Shown in pieces: positions 8,269 through 17,139 of a stretch of DNA of 64,000 nucleotides (the first letter of the stretch is position 1; each line of letters begins with the position of its first letter). The notes beneath the pieces are model-generated. The model was not told where the DNA came from. It searched no databases and saw nothing but the letters and a program-made list of their open reading frames with translations. Origin of the DNA: an uncultured Fibrobacteraceae bacterium (GTDB taxonomy: Bacteria; Krumholzibacteriota; Krumholzibacteriia; LZORAL124-64-63). The stretch lies in NCBI GenBank assembly GCA_964420395.1, contig CAYQTJ010000004.1:2506-66505 (forward strand), in the 5' to 3' direction. A program made the position numbers and the translations under genes.

Positions 8269-9666
8269 ATGTCCGGGGAAGCCTCGAAGTCGGATTACAT
8301 GCGGCCGTTCGCGGACGGGGTGGTGGCGTCGCCGGAGGAGCGGTCGGCGCTGCTGGAGCGGATGCAGCGGGACGGCGTCCGGTTCCTGCGCCTGATCTTC
8401 ACCGACATCATGGGCCAGAACAAGAACGTGGAGGTTCCGGCCAGCCAGTTCGCCAAGGCGCTGCAGGGCGAGATCATGTTCGACGGCTCCTCGATCGAGG
8501 GCTTCAGCCGCATCGAGGAGTCCGACATGCTGCTGGTGCCCGATCTCACCTCCTACGCGGTCTTCCCCTTCGACGGCGACCAGGGCAAGGTGGCGCGGCT
8601 GATCTGCGACGTCTACAACGCCGACCGCACGCCGTTCGCCGGCTGTCCCCGGCTGGCCCTGCGCCGGACGTTGCAACTGTTCGCCGAACACGGGCTGGCG
8701 CCGGTGTGCGGGCCGGAGCTCGAGTTCTTCCTCTTCCAGCGCGATGCCGCCGGGGATCCGACGGTGCGCACGCACGACGCCGGCGGCTACTTCGACCTGT
8801 CGCCCGTGGACCGCGGCGAGGAGGCGCGCCGCGAGATCGTCAACGCGCTCGAGGCCATGGGCTTCGAGATCGAGGCGGCGCACCACGAGGTCGCGCCGGG
8901 GCAGCACGAGATCGACTTCAAGTACGCGGGGGCGCTCGAGACGGCCGATCGCGTCACCACGTTCCGGCTGATCGTCAAGAAGGTGGCGTTCGACTACGGC
9001 CTGCACGCCACCTTCATGCCCAAGCCGATCCGCGGCATCAACGGCTCCGGCATGCACACGCACCAGTCGCTGTTCCGCACGGCTGGCGATCACGGCAACG
9101 CCTTCTTCGATCCGGCGGCGCCGTTCCAGCTGAGCGAGATCGCCCGGCACTACATGGGCGGCATCCTGGCGCACGCGCGCGCCTTCGTGGCCATCACGAA
9201 TCCCCTGGTGAACTCGTACAAGCGGCTGATGCCGGGCTACGAGGCGCCGGTGAACGTGGCGTGGTCGGAGCACAACCGGTCGCCGCTGCTGCGCGTGCCG
9301 GCGCGGCGCGGCGTCGGCACGCGGGTCGAGGTGCGCGTGCCGGATCCGAGCTGCAACCCGTACCTGGCGTTCGCGGTGATGCTCCGCTCCGGGCTGGACG
9401 GCATGGAACGCCGGCTCGATCCGGGCCCGCCGGTGAACCAGAACATCTTCGAGATGAGCGACCGCGAGAAGCGGCGGCTGAAGATCACGCAGCTGCCGGC
9501 CAACCTCAAGGAGGCGATCGACTGCCTGCGCCGGGACGCCGTGATGCGCGAAGTGCTCGGCGAGCACATCTTCACGCACTTCCTGGAGGCCAAGGAGGCG
9601 GTCTGGGCCGACTTCAACGCGCAGGTCCACGAGTGGGAACTGGAGCGCTATCTCGCGACCTACTAG
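8269..9666 (+). CDS. glnA: Glutamine synthetase, type I
   Basis: FTDIMGQNKNVEV…, HHEVAPGQHEIDFKY, NGSGMHTHQSLF, NSYKRL, and SPLLRVP…R motifs. Start at ATG 8269, preceded by GAGGAGGGA. Confidence 0.9.
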   Translation: MSGEASKSDYMRPFADGVVASPEERSALLERMQRDGVRFLRLIFTDIMGQNKNVEVPASQFAKALQGEIMFDGSSIEGFSRIEESDMLLVPDLTSYAVFPFDGDQGKVARLICDVYNADRTPFAGCPRLALRRTLQLFAEHGLAPVCGPELEFFLFQRDAAGDPTVRTHDAGGYFDLSPVDRGEEARREIVNALEAMGFEIEAAHHEVAPGQHEIDFKYAGALETADRVTTFRLIVKKVAFDYGLHATFMPKPIRGINGSGMHTHQSLFRTAGDHGNAFFDPAAPFQLSEIARHYMGGILAHARAFVAITNPLVNSYKRLMPGYEAPVNVAWSEHNRSPLLRVPARRGVGTRVEVRVPDPSCNPYLAFAVMLRSGLDGMERRLDPGPPVNQNIFEMSDREKRRLKITQLPANLKEAIDCLRRDAVMREVLGEHIFTHFLEAKEAVWADFNAQVHEWELERYLATY

Positions 9667-9693
9667 CGGTCGCCGGAGGGGGGGCGGGCCGTC

Positions 9694-10125
9694 GTGCCGC
9701 TGATCGGATTGCTGGCGGTGGCGACCGGGCTGGCCACGCAGGTGGCCAAGGTGCTCGTGTCGTCGTGGCGGCGCGGACGGCCCGACTTCTCCCTCCTGCT
9801 GGCCTCCGGCGGGATGCCGAGTTCGCACACGGCGACCGTGACCGCCCTCGCCCTGTTCGTCGGCAGCGGGTCGGGCTGGGGCGGCCCCCTCTTCTCGGTG
9901 ACGCTGGTGTTCGCGGGCTACGTGGTCTTCGAGGCGACCGGGCTGCGGCAGGAGGTGGGCAAGCAGGCCCGCGTCCTGAACGATCTGGTGGACGCGCTGA
10001 TCGCCACCCACACGCTCGATCGCGGACGCCTGCGCGAACTGACCGGCCACACCTGGGGCGAAGTGGCCGGCGGCCTGCTCTGCGGGGTCGCGGGGTGGCT
10101 TCTGGGACGGCGTTTCCTGCCGTAG
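9694..10125 (+). CDS. Divergent PAP2 / acid-phosphatase-vanadium-haloperoxidase-related membrane protein (DUF212)
   Basis: …GGMPSSHTATVTALA… motif in a small multi-helix protein. Confidence 0.7.
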   Translation: MPLIGLLAVATGLATQVAKVLVSSWRRGRPDFSLLLASGGMPSSHTATVTALALFVGSGSGWGGPLFSVTLVFAGYVVFEATGLRQEVGKQARVLNDLVDALIATHTLDRGRLRELTGHTWGEVAGGLLCGVAGWLLGRRFLP

Positions 10126-10153
10126 CGCCCGCGTCGCGCGCGGGCGAATCCGC

Positions 10154-10181
10154 TTGACACGCGCCTCCTCTCACCTAAGCT
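10154..10181 (+). promoter_or_regulatory. sigma70-like promoter (TTGACA-16 nt-TAAGCT) upstream of the ParA-CBM48 gene
   Basis: Read directly. It follows a hairpin (CGCCCGCG-5 nt-CGCGGGCG) after the DUF212 stop. Confidence 0.4.
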
Positions 10182-10294
10182 CCGCGGGAATGGCCGGTCC
10201 GGCGGACGGTCGGGGCCGTCCGTCCGCGGCCGACCGGGGGTGATCGGCCGGTCGTGCCGCGCCGCCACGGCGCGGGTGCGGAAAGGACGGGGTC

Positions 10295-11368
10295 ATGAGA
10301 ATCATCGCCCTGGCCAACCAGAAGGGCGGCTGCGGCAAGACGACGGTCGCCACCAATCTCGCCGCCGCGCTCGCCGAGTCCGGGCAGCGGGTGCTGCTGT
10401 TCGACAACGATCCGCAGGGGCACGCCACCCTCGCCAGCGGCCTGGGCGAGGGGGATTTCGCCGCCGGCGCGTACGATCTCTACCTCACCCTGGACGCGCG
10501 CGTCGAGGAGGTCCGGCGGACGGTCGCGCCGAACCTCGACCTGGTTCCGGCGGGGATCGAACTGAGCGCCGTCGAGCAGGCGCTCGCCGGCGAACCGGGT
10601 CGCGAGTGGCGCCTGCGCCGGGCGCTGGACCGTTCCTCCCTGCCCTACGATGTCGTGCTGATCGACTGCCCGCCCAGCGTCGGCCTGCTCACCTTCAACG
10701 CCCTGCTGGCCAGCGGCGAGGTGATCGTTCCGGTGGACGCGAGCGTGCAGAGCGCGCAGGCCGTGCGCAAGTTCCGCGAAACCCTGACGGTCATCGACGA
10801 GCGACGGGGCCACCAGGCCCGGCCGCGCCTGCTGCTGTCGAACCACGATCCCCGTTCGCGGTTCGCGCGCGACTTCGCGGCGGATCTCGCCCGGGACTTC
10901 GGCGACCTGCTGCTCGACACCGTGGTCCACCACACCGTGCGTCTGAAGGAGGCCGTCGCGGCCGGCCTGGCCGTGGGACGGCTCGACGCCGGCTCGCGGG
11001 GGGCGCGCGACTTCCGGAGCCTGGCGGCGGAACTGCTCGCGGCCGGCGCGGGCCTGGCCGATCCGGCGGCGTTCCCGTTGCCACCGGCGGCGGGCGGGCC
11101 GCTCCTGACCCCCGCGGGGGTGCGCTTCGCGGCGCGCTTCCCGGAGGCCCGCGCCGTGCGGGTTACCGGGTCGTTCACCGACTGGGCGGCGGAGGGGGAG
11201 CCGCTCACGGCGAAGGGTGACGGAGAGTGGGAGGCCGTGCTGCCGGTGCCGCCGGGGCGCTACGAGTACCGCTTCATCGTGGACGGCGACTGGCTGCCCG
11301 ACCCGCAGAACGCCGAGGCCGTGCCGAACGACTTCGGCGGCGTGAATTCCCTGCTGGTCGTGCCGTGA
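10295..11368 (+). CDS. ParA/Soj-family deviant Walker-A ATPase with a C-terminal AMPK-beta/glycogen-binding-type CBM48 domain
   Basis: N-terminus MRIIALANQKGGCGKTTVATNLAAALA…DNDPQGHAT (ParA). C-terminus VRFAARFPEARAVRVTGSFTDWAAEGEPL…GRYEYRFIVDGDWLPDP…GGVNSLLVV (AMPK1_CBM/CBM48 pattern). Confidence 0.8.
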   Translation: MRIIALANQKGGCGKTTVATNLAAALAESGQRVLLFDNDPQGHATLASGLGEGDFAAGAYDLYLTLDARVEEVRRTVAPNLDLVPAGIELSAVEQALAGEPGREWRLRRALDRSSLPYDVVLIDCPPSVGLLTFNALLASGEVIVPVDASVQSAQAVRKFRETLTVIDERRGHQARPRLLLSNHDPRSRFARDFAADLARDFGDLLLDTVVHHTVRLKEAVAAGLAVGRLDAGSRGARDFRSLAAELLAAGAGLADPAAFPLPPAAGGPLLTPAGVRFAARFPEARAVRVTGSFTDWAAEGEPLTAKGDGEWEAVLPVPPGRYEYRFIVDGDWLPDPQNAEAVPNDFGGVNSLLVVP

Positions 11369-11381
11369 GATCGGGACGAAC

Positions 11382-12242
11382 GTGGCCGTCGAACTGACCC
11401 CCCGCAACCACGACATCCGCACCGTCGTCGACCACTTCCTCGAACCTGCGGTCGCCCCGGCGGGGCGCGCCCGGGGGGGGACGCGGGCCTATCGCTTCGC
11501 CGTGGCCGCCGGGGCCCACGGCTTCCTGGCCGCCTGGACCGCCGCGGGGCTCGCGCGGGCAAGCCTGCTGCTCGGCGGCAGCGGTGCCCGGCAGGCCCCG
11601 ATGCGGGTCACCCTCGAGGAGTGGCACCGGCAGGCGTGGGCCGCGGCGCCGTTCCTGGGGGGGGGCGACCGGGAGCGGCTGCGCACGCTGTTCCGCCCGG
11701 AGGCGTTCGGCCACGCGGAGGGGGACGCGCGGCGCTGGCTGGGCGGCGTGGAGGTGGTGCCGCCGCGCTTCGTCGGCCGATCCGGCGGCGGGGAGCCGGG
11801 ACCGGTCTGCGCCTGGATCAATCTGGGCGGGGTGGCGGGACGGTCGCTCGCGGCCCTCGAGGCGGCCCATGCCTGGGACGGGGGAGGTCTCTTCGACGGC
11901 GGCCTGGACGGGCTCGTGTGGTGCGTGCGCGCGGAGGAGGCGGGGGCGCTCGGCACCGCCTACGGCCTGGGCCGGCTGGCGGCGGCGCTGCGCCCGCGCC
12001 AACTGAAGCTGCTGGTCTACGCGGATGGGGCGCGGACCGGTGCCGCGCGGGACCGCTGGCGGGAACTGGCCGGGCTGGCCGCCCCCGCCGCGGCGATCGA
12101 ACTGCTCGCGGAGGCCTGCGATCCCCGGAGCGCGGCGGCGGAGGGGAGCGCCAGCCCGTTCGCCTCCCTGGCCGCCAGCCTGGCGCTCGGCGCGGAGGGG
12201 GCCAGGCGGTCGGGCGCCGCGGCGCGGGAGGCCGGCGCGTGA
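11382..12242 (+). CDS. Hypothetical protein (no family recognised), immediately downstream of ParA-CBM48
   Basis: GTG start 13 nt after the parA stop. Third positions are almost all G/C across the whole frame. Confidence 0.55.
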   Translation: MAVELTPRNHDIRTVVDHFLEPAVAPAGRARGGTRAYRFAVAAGAHGFLAAWTAAGLARASLLLGGSGARQAPMRVTLEEWHRQAWAAAPFLGGGDRERLRTLFRPEAFGHAEGDARRWLGGVEVVPPRFVGRSGGGEPGPVCAWINLGGVAGRSLAALEAAHAWDGGGLFDGGLDGLVWCVRAEEAGALGTAYGLGRLAAALRPRQLKLLVYADGARTGAARDRWRELAGLAAPAAAIELLAEACDPRSAAAEGSASPFASLAASLALGAEGARRSGAAAREAGA

Positions 12243-12556
12243 ACGGCGAGGCGGGAGCCGTGCAGGCGGGGCTGGTCCGCGCCGGACCGCTGCGGGAGGA
12301 CTTCCGCCGCTTCCTGGAACTGCTGGGCGAGCTCGACCCCGGTGTCACGCTGCACGAGGAACCGTTCCGGATCGTGGTCCGCCTCCACGGGCGCCCGCTC
12401 TGTGACTGCCACCCTCAATCCCACGCCGTGCACGTTCGGCTTGGCCGGGAGGCGGGGGGCGAGGTACGCTGTCGCACGCATGAGGACTTTGTCGACATCC
12501 TGGCGCGGTTGCTCGGCGAGCTGCGCGGCGCGGCCCGGCCGCTGCCGCCGGTCTGA
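12240..12556 (+). CDS. Hypothetical small protein (about 105 aa)
   Basis: GTG 12240 overlaps the preceding stop (GTGA). High GC3. It is the C-terminal part of track ORF 11621..12556, whose N-terminal part is an off-frame shadow. Confidence 0.5.
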
Positions 12557-12586
12557 ACCGGACCGCGTGCGCGCGGCAGGCGCGGC

Positions 12587-13975
12587 GTGACGCGGGCGGG
12601 CGCGGCGCAATTCCTGTACGGCGGTTGCCTGCTGACCCTCCCGCTGATCGGGTGCGATCCGGTGCGCCTGGCGAGCGGGGCCGATCTGGGCGCCGGCTTC
12701 CAGCCGGCCTATCTGTTCCTGGCCGGGGCGACCCTGCTCGCCTGCGCCGCGACCGGGCGGCGGCGGCTGTGGGCCGGCTGGGCCGCGGCCCGTCCGTGGA
12801 GCACGCTCGGCCTGTGGGCCGCCGGGGCGGTGGCCGTCTCGGCGCTCGGCCTCGTGATCCGGCCTCCGGCGGGGGGGCCGGAAGCCGCGGCGCGGCTGTG
12901 GCGCCTGGGCAAGCAGTTCGGGCAGCTCCTGATCATGTTCACGTTCGTGGCCTGGCCGCTGCTCTGGACCCGGGGCAGCGCCCGCTGGGAGTGGACCCGC
13001 CGGCTGTTCGGCCTCGCCCTGCTCGGGCAACTGCTCTACGGGCTGGTGCAGGGGGCCCTGTTCGGCCACGCCTGCGCGCCGTTCGCGGCCCTGGAGCGGG
13101 TCTTCACCGCCAATCCTGCCATCCTGTCCGGCTCCGAGGAGCTGTACCTCGGCCACGGCTTCACCGGAATCCCCCGCCTGCGCGGCACCTGCTGCGAGCC
13201 GCTCTATCTCGGCAATTACCTCCTGCTGGCGCTGCCGGTGGTGCTGTTGCCGGGCGCACGGCATCGTCACCAGGCACTGGCGCTCGGCGGAGGCCTCCTG
13301 CTGCTGCTGACCTGGTCGCGCGGCGCCTGGCTGGCGGCGGGCGGCGCAGCCGTCGTCTGGGCGTTGCTGGCGGCGCGCGCGGGGCCTCGCCGGCGACCGG
13401 AGGCCGGGACGGAGTCCCCGCGGCGGTGGCTCATCGTTGCGGCGCTGTCGGGCATGGCGGTCGCGTTGCTGCTCTGGCGCCCCGACCTGGTCACGCTGCC
13501 GGCCCGACGGCTGGCGCAGTCGGTCAACCGCGAGGACTGGTCCAACCTCACGCGCCTCTACTCGATGCAGGCCGCCTGGCGCGCCTTCCTGCTGAGCCCG
13601 GTGGTGGGGGTGGGGTGGGGCCAGTTCGGCTTCCACTTCGTGGGGCTGGTCGATCCCCTCGGGCTGCAGAGCCAGTTCAGCTGGCCGGTCGTCAACTCCT
13701 ACCCGCTCCAGGTCCTCTGCGAAACGGGCCTCATCGGCTTCGCGGTCTTCGTCGGGGGGGCCGCGCTGGTGGCCCGGGCGATCGCGCGGGCGCTGGGCGG
13801 GGGAGGGGGAGTGGCGGGCGTCGAGGCCCGCCGCCGCACCGCCCTGCTCGCGGCGGCGCTCGTCGGGGTCTGGGGGCAGCTTCTGACGTTTTCCCAGTAC
13901 AACCTGCCCCACATATGGGTCGCCCTGGGGCTGCTGCTGGCGGCGACGCGGGAAGCGGAGGCGGGCCGTGGCTGA
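12587..13975 (+). CDS. O-antigen ligase-like (Wzy_C family) polytopic membrane protein
   Basis: About 10 hydrophobic segments and an …LLLLTWSRGAWLAAGGA… motif typical of O-antigen ligase/polymerase family proteins. Confidence 0.6.
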   Translation: MTRAGAAQFLYGGCLLTLPLIGCDPVRLASGADLGAGFQPAYLFLAGATLLACAATGRRRLWAGWAAARPWSTLGLWAAGAVAVSALGLVIRPPAGGPEAAARLWRLGKQFGQLLIMFTFVAWPLLWTRGSARWEWTRRLFGLALLGQLLYGLVQGALFGHACAPFAALERVFTANPAILSGSEELYLGHGFTGIPRLRGTCCEPLYLGNYLLLALPVVLLPGARHRHQALALGGGLLLLLTWSRGAWLAAGGAAVVWALLAARAGPRRRPEAGTESPRRWLIVAALSGMAVALLLWRPDLVTLPARRLAQSVNREDWSNLTRLYSMQAAWRAFLLSPVVGVGWGQFGFHFVGLVDPLGLQSQFSWPVVNSYPLQVLCETGLIGFAVFVGGAALVARAIARALGGGGGVAGVEARRRTALLAAALVGVWGQLLTFSQYNLPHIWVALGLLLAATREAEAGRG

Positions 13976-15152
13976 GCGCCCCCTCGTGCTGCTGGACGCC
14001 CTGCTGGTGCAGCCGGAGCCGACCGGCGTCGGGCGGTCGATCCTGGAACTGACCCGGGCGCTGGCGGCCCGGGACCGGGGCTTCGATTTCGGGCTGCTGA
14101 CCACGCATCCGGAAGCGTTCGCGCCGCTGGAGGGGGTGCCGGGCTGGCGGGTGCTCACCTGTGCCGGCGCTCGCGGCGGCACCCTGCGCAAGGCGCTGTA
14201 CACCCAGTTCGCCCTGCCGGCGCTGGCGACGCGCCTGCGGGCGGCGGTCCTGCACAGCCTGCAGTTCGTGGCGCCACTGAGGCTGCCGTGCCGGAGCGTG
14301 GTCACCGTGCACGACCTGGCCTTCCGCCGTTTCCCGGGCACGGTGGAGGTGCCGCGGCGCTGGTACTACGAGGCCCTGGTGCCGGCGACCCTGCGGCGCG
14401 CCGGCCGGGTCGTCACGAATTCGCAGGCGACCGCGGACGACGTGGCGGCGCTGTTCCCCTCCGTCAGGGGGCGCCTGCGGGTGACCCCCTTCGGCACCCC
14501 CTCCTGGGTCTGGGAGCAGCCGGAGCGGCGGCGGGAGGGGGAGGCCGGGGGTCCGTTCCTGTTCGTGGGGACGCTCGAGCCGCGGAAGAACCTGCCGCGT
14601 ATCCTGGAGGCTTTTCGCCGGTTCCGAAACCGGGCCGAGGCCGCCGGCGGGCCGCCGCCGCCCGTTCTGAGCCTGGTGGGCGGTCGCGGCTGGGGAGATT
14701 CCCCCCTGCGGGAGCCGATCCGGGCCCTCTCGGCGCGGGGGGCGCTGCGGCTCGAGGGGTACTGCCAGCCGGCTCGTTTGTGGGAACTGTACGGCGCGGC
14801 ACGGGCGTTGCTATTTCCCTCCCTTCACGAGGGTTTCGGCTTCCCGATCCTGGAGGCGATGGCGGCCGGCCTGCCGGTCCTGACCGCCGACCGGGGGGCG
14901 ATGCGGGAGGTGGCGGGGGACGCGGCGCTGCTCGTGGATCCCGACGACGTCGAAGCGATCGCCGACGGGCTCGCCCGGCTGGACCGGGACGCCGCGCTGC
15001 GGGCGCGATTGATCGCGCGCGGCAGGGAGCGGGCGCGGGAGTGGTCGTGGGAGCGCACGGCCGCGGCCACGGTGGCGGTTTACGCGGAGTTGGTGGCGGC
15101 GCCCGGTCCCCGCGACGAAATTGCCGTTGCCGCGCCTGAGGATAGCGTTTAG
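13968..15152 (+). CDS. Glycosyltransferase family 4 (GT-B, GT1-type domain)
   Basis: …FVGTLEPRKN…, and FPSLHEGFGFPILEAMAAGLPVLTAD…E (EX7E motif). Confidence 0.85.
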   Translation: MAERPLVLLDALLVQPEPTGVGRSILELTRALAARDRGFDFGLLTTHPEAFAPLEGVPGWRVLTCAGARGGTLRKALYTQFALPALATRLRAAVLHSLQFVAPLRLPCRSVVTVHDLAFRRFPGTVEVPRRWYYEALVPATLRRAGRVVTNSQATADDVAALFPSVRGRLRVTPFGTPSWVWEQPERRREGEAGGPFLFVGTLEPRKNLPRILEAFRRFRNRAEAAGGPPPPVLSLVGGRGWGDSPLREPIRALSARGALRLEGYCQPARLWELYGAARALLFPSLHEGFGFPILEAMAAGLPVLTADRGAMREVAGDAALLVDPDDVEAIADGLARLDRDAALRARLIARGRERAREWSWERTAAATVAVYAELVAAPGPRDEIAVAAPEDSV

Positions 15153-15203
15153 CCTGCCGTAGCGACCAGCCGGCGATCGAGCCGCCAGGACAAGGAGCGC
15201 CGC

Positions 15204-16505
15204 GTGGATAGGGAGATCGTCGCGCTGTTGTGCGGACTGCTGGCGTTCAGCATGTCGTGGCTGGTGCAGCCGCACTTCCGCAACCTCGGCTTCCTCACCA
15301 AGATCGTGGACCATCCCGGCTACCGTCGCTCCCATCTGGAGCCGGTTCCGCGCACCGGCGGCATGGCCATATTCATCTCCTTCTTCTTCACCCTCTACAT
15401 CCAGGAGCGCCTCAGCCTCACGGATGCCATGCCGTGGTCGTGGCTCGGCATCCTGATCGGGGCCGGCCTGGCGATCCTGGCGCTGGGAGTGGGCGACGAT
15501 CGCTTCGGGATCCACGCGGAGAAGAAGCTCTACGGGCAGCTGCTCGTGATCGTGGGGCTGATGCTGTTCGGGCAGCGGCTCGAGGTGGTGAACCTGCCGC
15601 CGTTCGGCGAGGTGAACCTCGGCGGCTGGGCCTGGCCGGTCACCATGCTCTGGTACCTCGGCTTCATCAATTCGATGAACCTGATCGACGGGCTCGACGG
15701 ACTGGCGAGCGGCATCAGCGTGCTGGTCCTGCTCTCGCTCGGCGCGATCTCCCTGGCGGTGGGCGAATTCGTGCCGCTGGTGTGCGCGGCCACGCTGTGC
15801 GGGGCGACCGTGGCCTTCTTCTACTGGAACATCAGCCGGCGCAAGATCTTCCTCGGCGACTCCGGCAGCATGTGGATGGGGCTCGTGCTCGGCACGCTGC
15901 TGCTCGACCTGGGGCGCCGGACGAGCGTGGCGCTGCCGGTCCTGCTGGCGCCGATGGTGGTGCCGATCTGGGACACAGGAACCACGATCATCCGCCGCTG
16001 GCGCAAGCGGGCGTCGATCTTCCAGGCCGACGATTATCACCTGCACCACCGCCTGGTGCGGGTCGGCTTCTCGCCCCGCGCCGCGGTGGCGTTCCTGCTG
16101 CTGATCACCGCCGGCACCGTCCTGTTCGCGATGTCCGATTTTCTGGGCGCGCCGTGGATCGGGATGCCGGCGCTCGGTTGCTGGCTGCTCTCCCTGCACC
16201 TCGAAGCGACGCAGCACCGGCGCAACCGCGCGCTCGGCTTCGACTCGTTCACCGAAATCCTCTACATCCTCGGCTTCGACGACCGGCTCGAACTGCGCCT
16301 CGGGGCGCGGGGACGCAGGGTGGCGGAGATCGTCGACCTCCAGGCCGAGCGGCAGCGCGTGGAACGCACGCTCGCGGCGGCCGTCGGCGGCAGCGCGCCG
16401 GAGCGACTGGCGTCGCCCGCGCCGCGCCGACGCTCGACCAAGGCCGGCGCGGTGGAGGAAGCGGGCGAGGATGTCGTTCTCCCCACTACCCGCGATCTTT
16501 CTTGA
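15204..16505 (+). CDS. Polyprenyl-phosphate N-acetylhexosamine-1-phosphate transferase (MraY/WecA family)
   Basis: …NSMNLIDGLDGLASG…, …FLGDSGS…, polytopic. AAGGAG RBS before GTG 15204. The extra C-terminal tail of about 90 aa is not typical. Confidence 0.8.
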   Translation: MDREIVALLCGLLAFSMSWLVQPHFRNLGFLTKIVDHPGYRRSHLEPVPRTGGMAIFISFFFTLYIQERLSLTDAMPWSWLGILIGAGLAILALGVGDDRFGIHAEKKLYGQLLVIVGLMLFGQRLEVVNLPPFGEVNLGGWAWPVTMLWYLGFINSMNLIDGLDGLASGISVLVLLSLGAISLAVGEFVPLVCAATLCGATVAFFYWNISRRKIFLGDSGSMWMGLVLGTLLLDLGRRTSVALPVLLAPMVVPIWDTGTTIIRRWRKRASIFQADDYHLHHRLVRVGFSPRAAVAFLLLITAGTVLFAMSDFLGAPWIGMPALGCWLLSLHLEATQHRRNRALGFDSFTEILYILGFDDRLELRLGARGRRVAEIVDLQAERQRVERTLAAAVGGSAPERLASPAPRRRSTKAGAVEEAGEDVVLPTTRDLS

Positions 16506-17139
16506 CGACCTGGCGCGGAGCGCCGGCCGACCCGCCCTCGAGGTGGGGTGCGGCGACGGACGCTTCAGCGCCGTGCTCGCGGCCCACGGGGCGCGCCCGT
16601 GGCGGCTCGACCGTCTGCCGCCGCGCCGGGGCACGGTGGCCGACGCCGTGGCCGACGCGCGCGCGCTGCCGCTGGCGGACGGGAGCCTGGGGCTGCTGGT
16701 CGCCGCCAACCTGCTGCGGCACCTCTGGTCGCCCCGCGGCCCGGAGGCGGTGCCCGAGGATTGGCTCCGCTGCATCGCCCCCGACGGCCGGCTCTGGATC
16801 TTCGAGGACGAGCCGGTGTCGCGGCCGCCGGCCGCGCGGCACTACCGGGACGCGATGACCCTGCTGGCGAGGCTCGACCCGGGAGGGCGCCGGCCGCTGC
16901 TGCCGCTCGGCCGGTTCCTGGCGCGGCTGGACGCGGCGGGACGAAGGGACGGCTGGAGGCACGGCATGGCGGTCAACGCCACGCCCGCGGCGGCGCCCGG
17001 AGCGCTGGCGGAGCTGCTCGCCGGGCAGGGGGGTGGGCCCGAGGCGCCCGGCGTCCGGCTGGCGGCCGCCATCCGGCGCGAAGGCCTCAGCTACGGGCCG
17101 TACTGGTGGGCGCGCTGGAGCCGGGAGGAGTCGGCGTGA
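16471..17139 (+). CDS. Class I SAM-dependent methyltransferase
   Basis: Motif I LEVGCGDGRFS and …LLVAANLLRHL…. The start is uncertain: ATG 16471 overlaps the upstream gene by 35 nt. Confidence 0.6.
   Translation: MSFSPLPAIFLDDLARSAGRPALEVGCGDGRFSAVLAAHGARPWRLDRLPPRRGTVADAVADARALPLADGSLGLLVAANLLRHLWSPRGPEAVPEDWLRCIAPDGRLWIFEDEPVSRPPAARHYRDAMTLLARLDPGGRRPLLPLGRFLARLDAAGRRDGWRHGMAVNATPAAAPGALAELLAGQGGGPEAPGVRLAAAIRREGLSYGPYWWARWSREESA

Noticed and set aside
8149-10050. 633-aa minus-strand ORF and 721-aa + strand alternate frame (7992..10157) over glnA
   Set aside because: glnA (8269..9666) carries all GS signatures. The others are off-frame shadows.
12017-16775. Long minus-strand ORFs (12017..14341, 774 aa; 14811..16775, 654 aa) across the glycan cluster
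   Set aside because: They are antisense to genes with clear GT4/WecA/O-antigen-ligase motifs. Their translations are dominated by R, P, G, A and Q runs.
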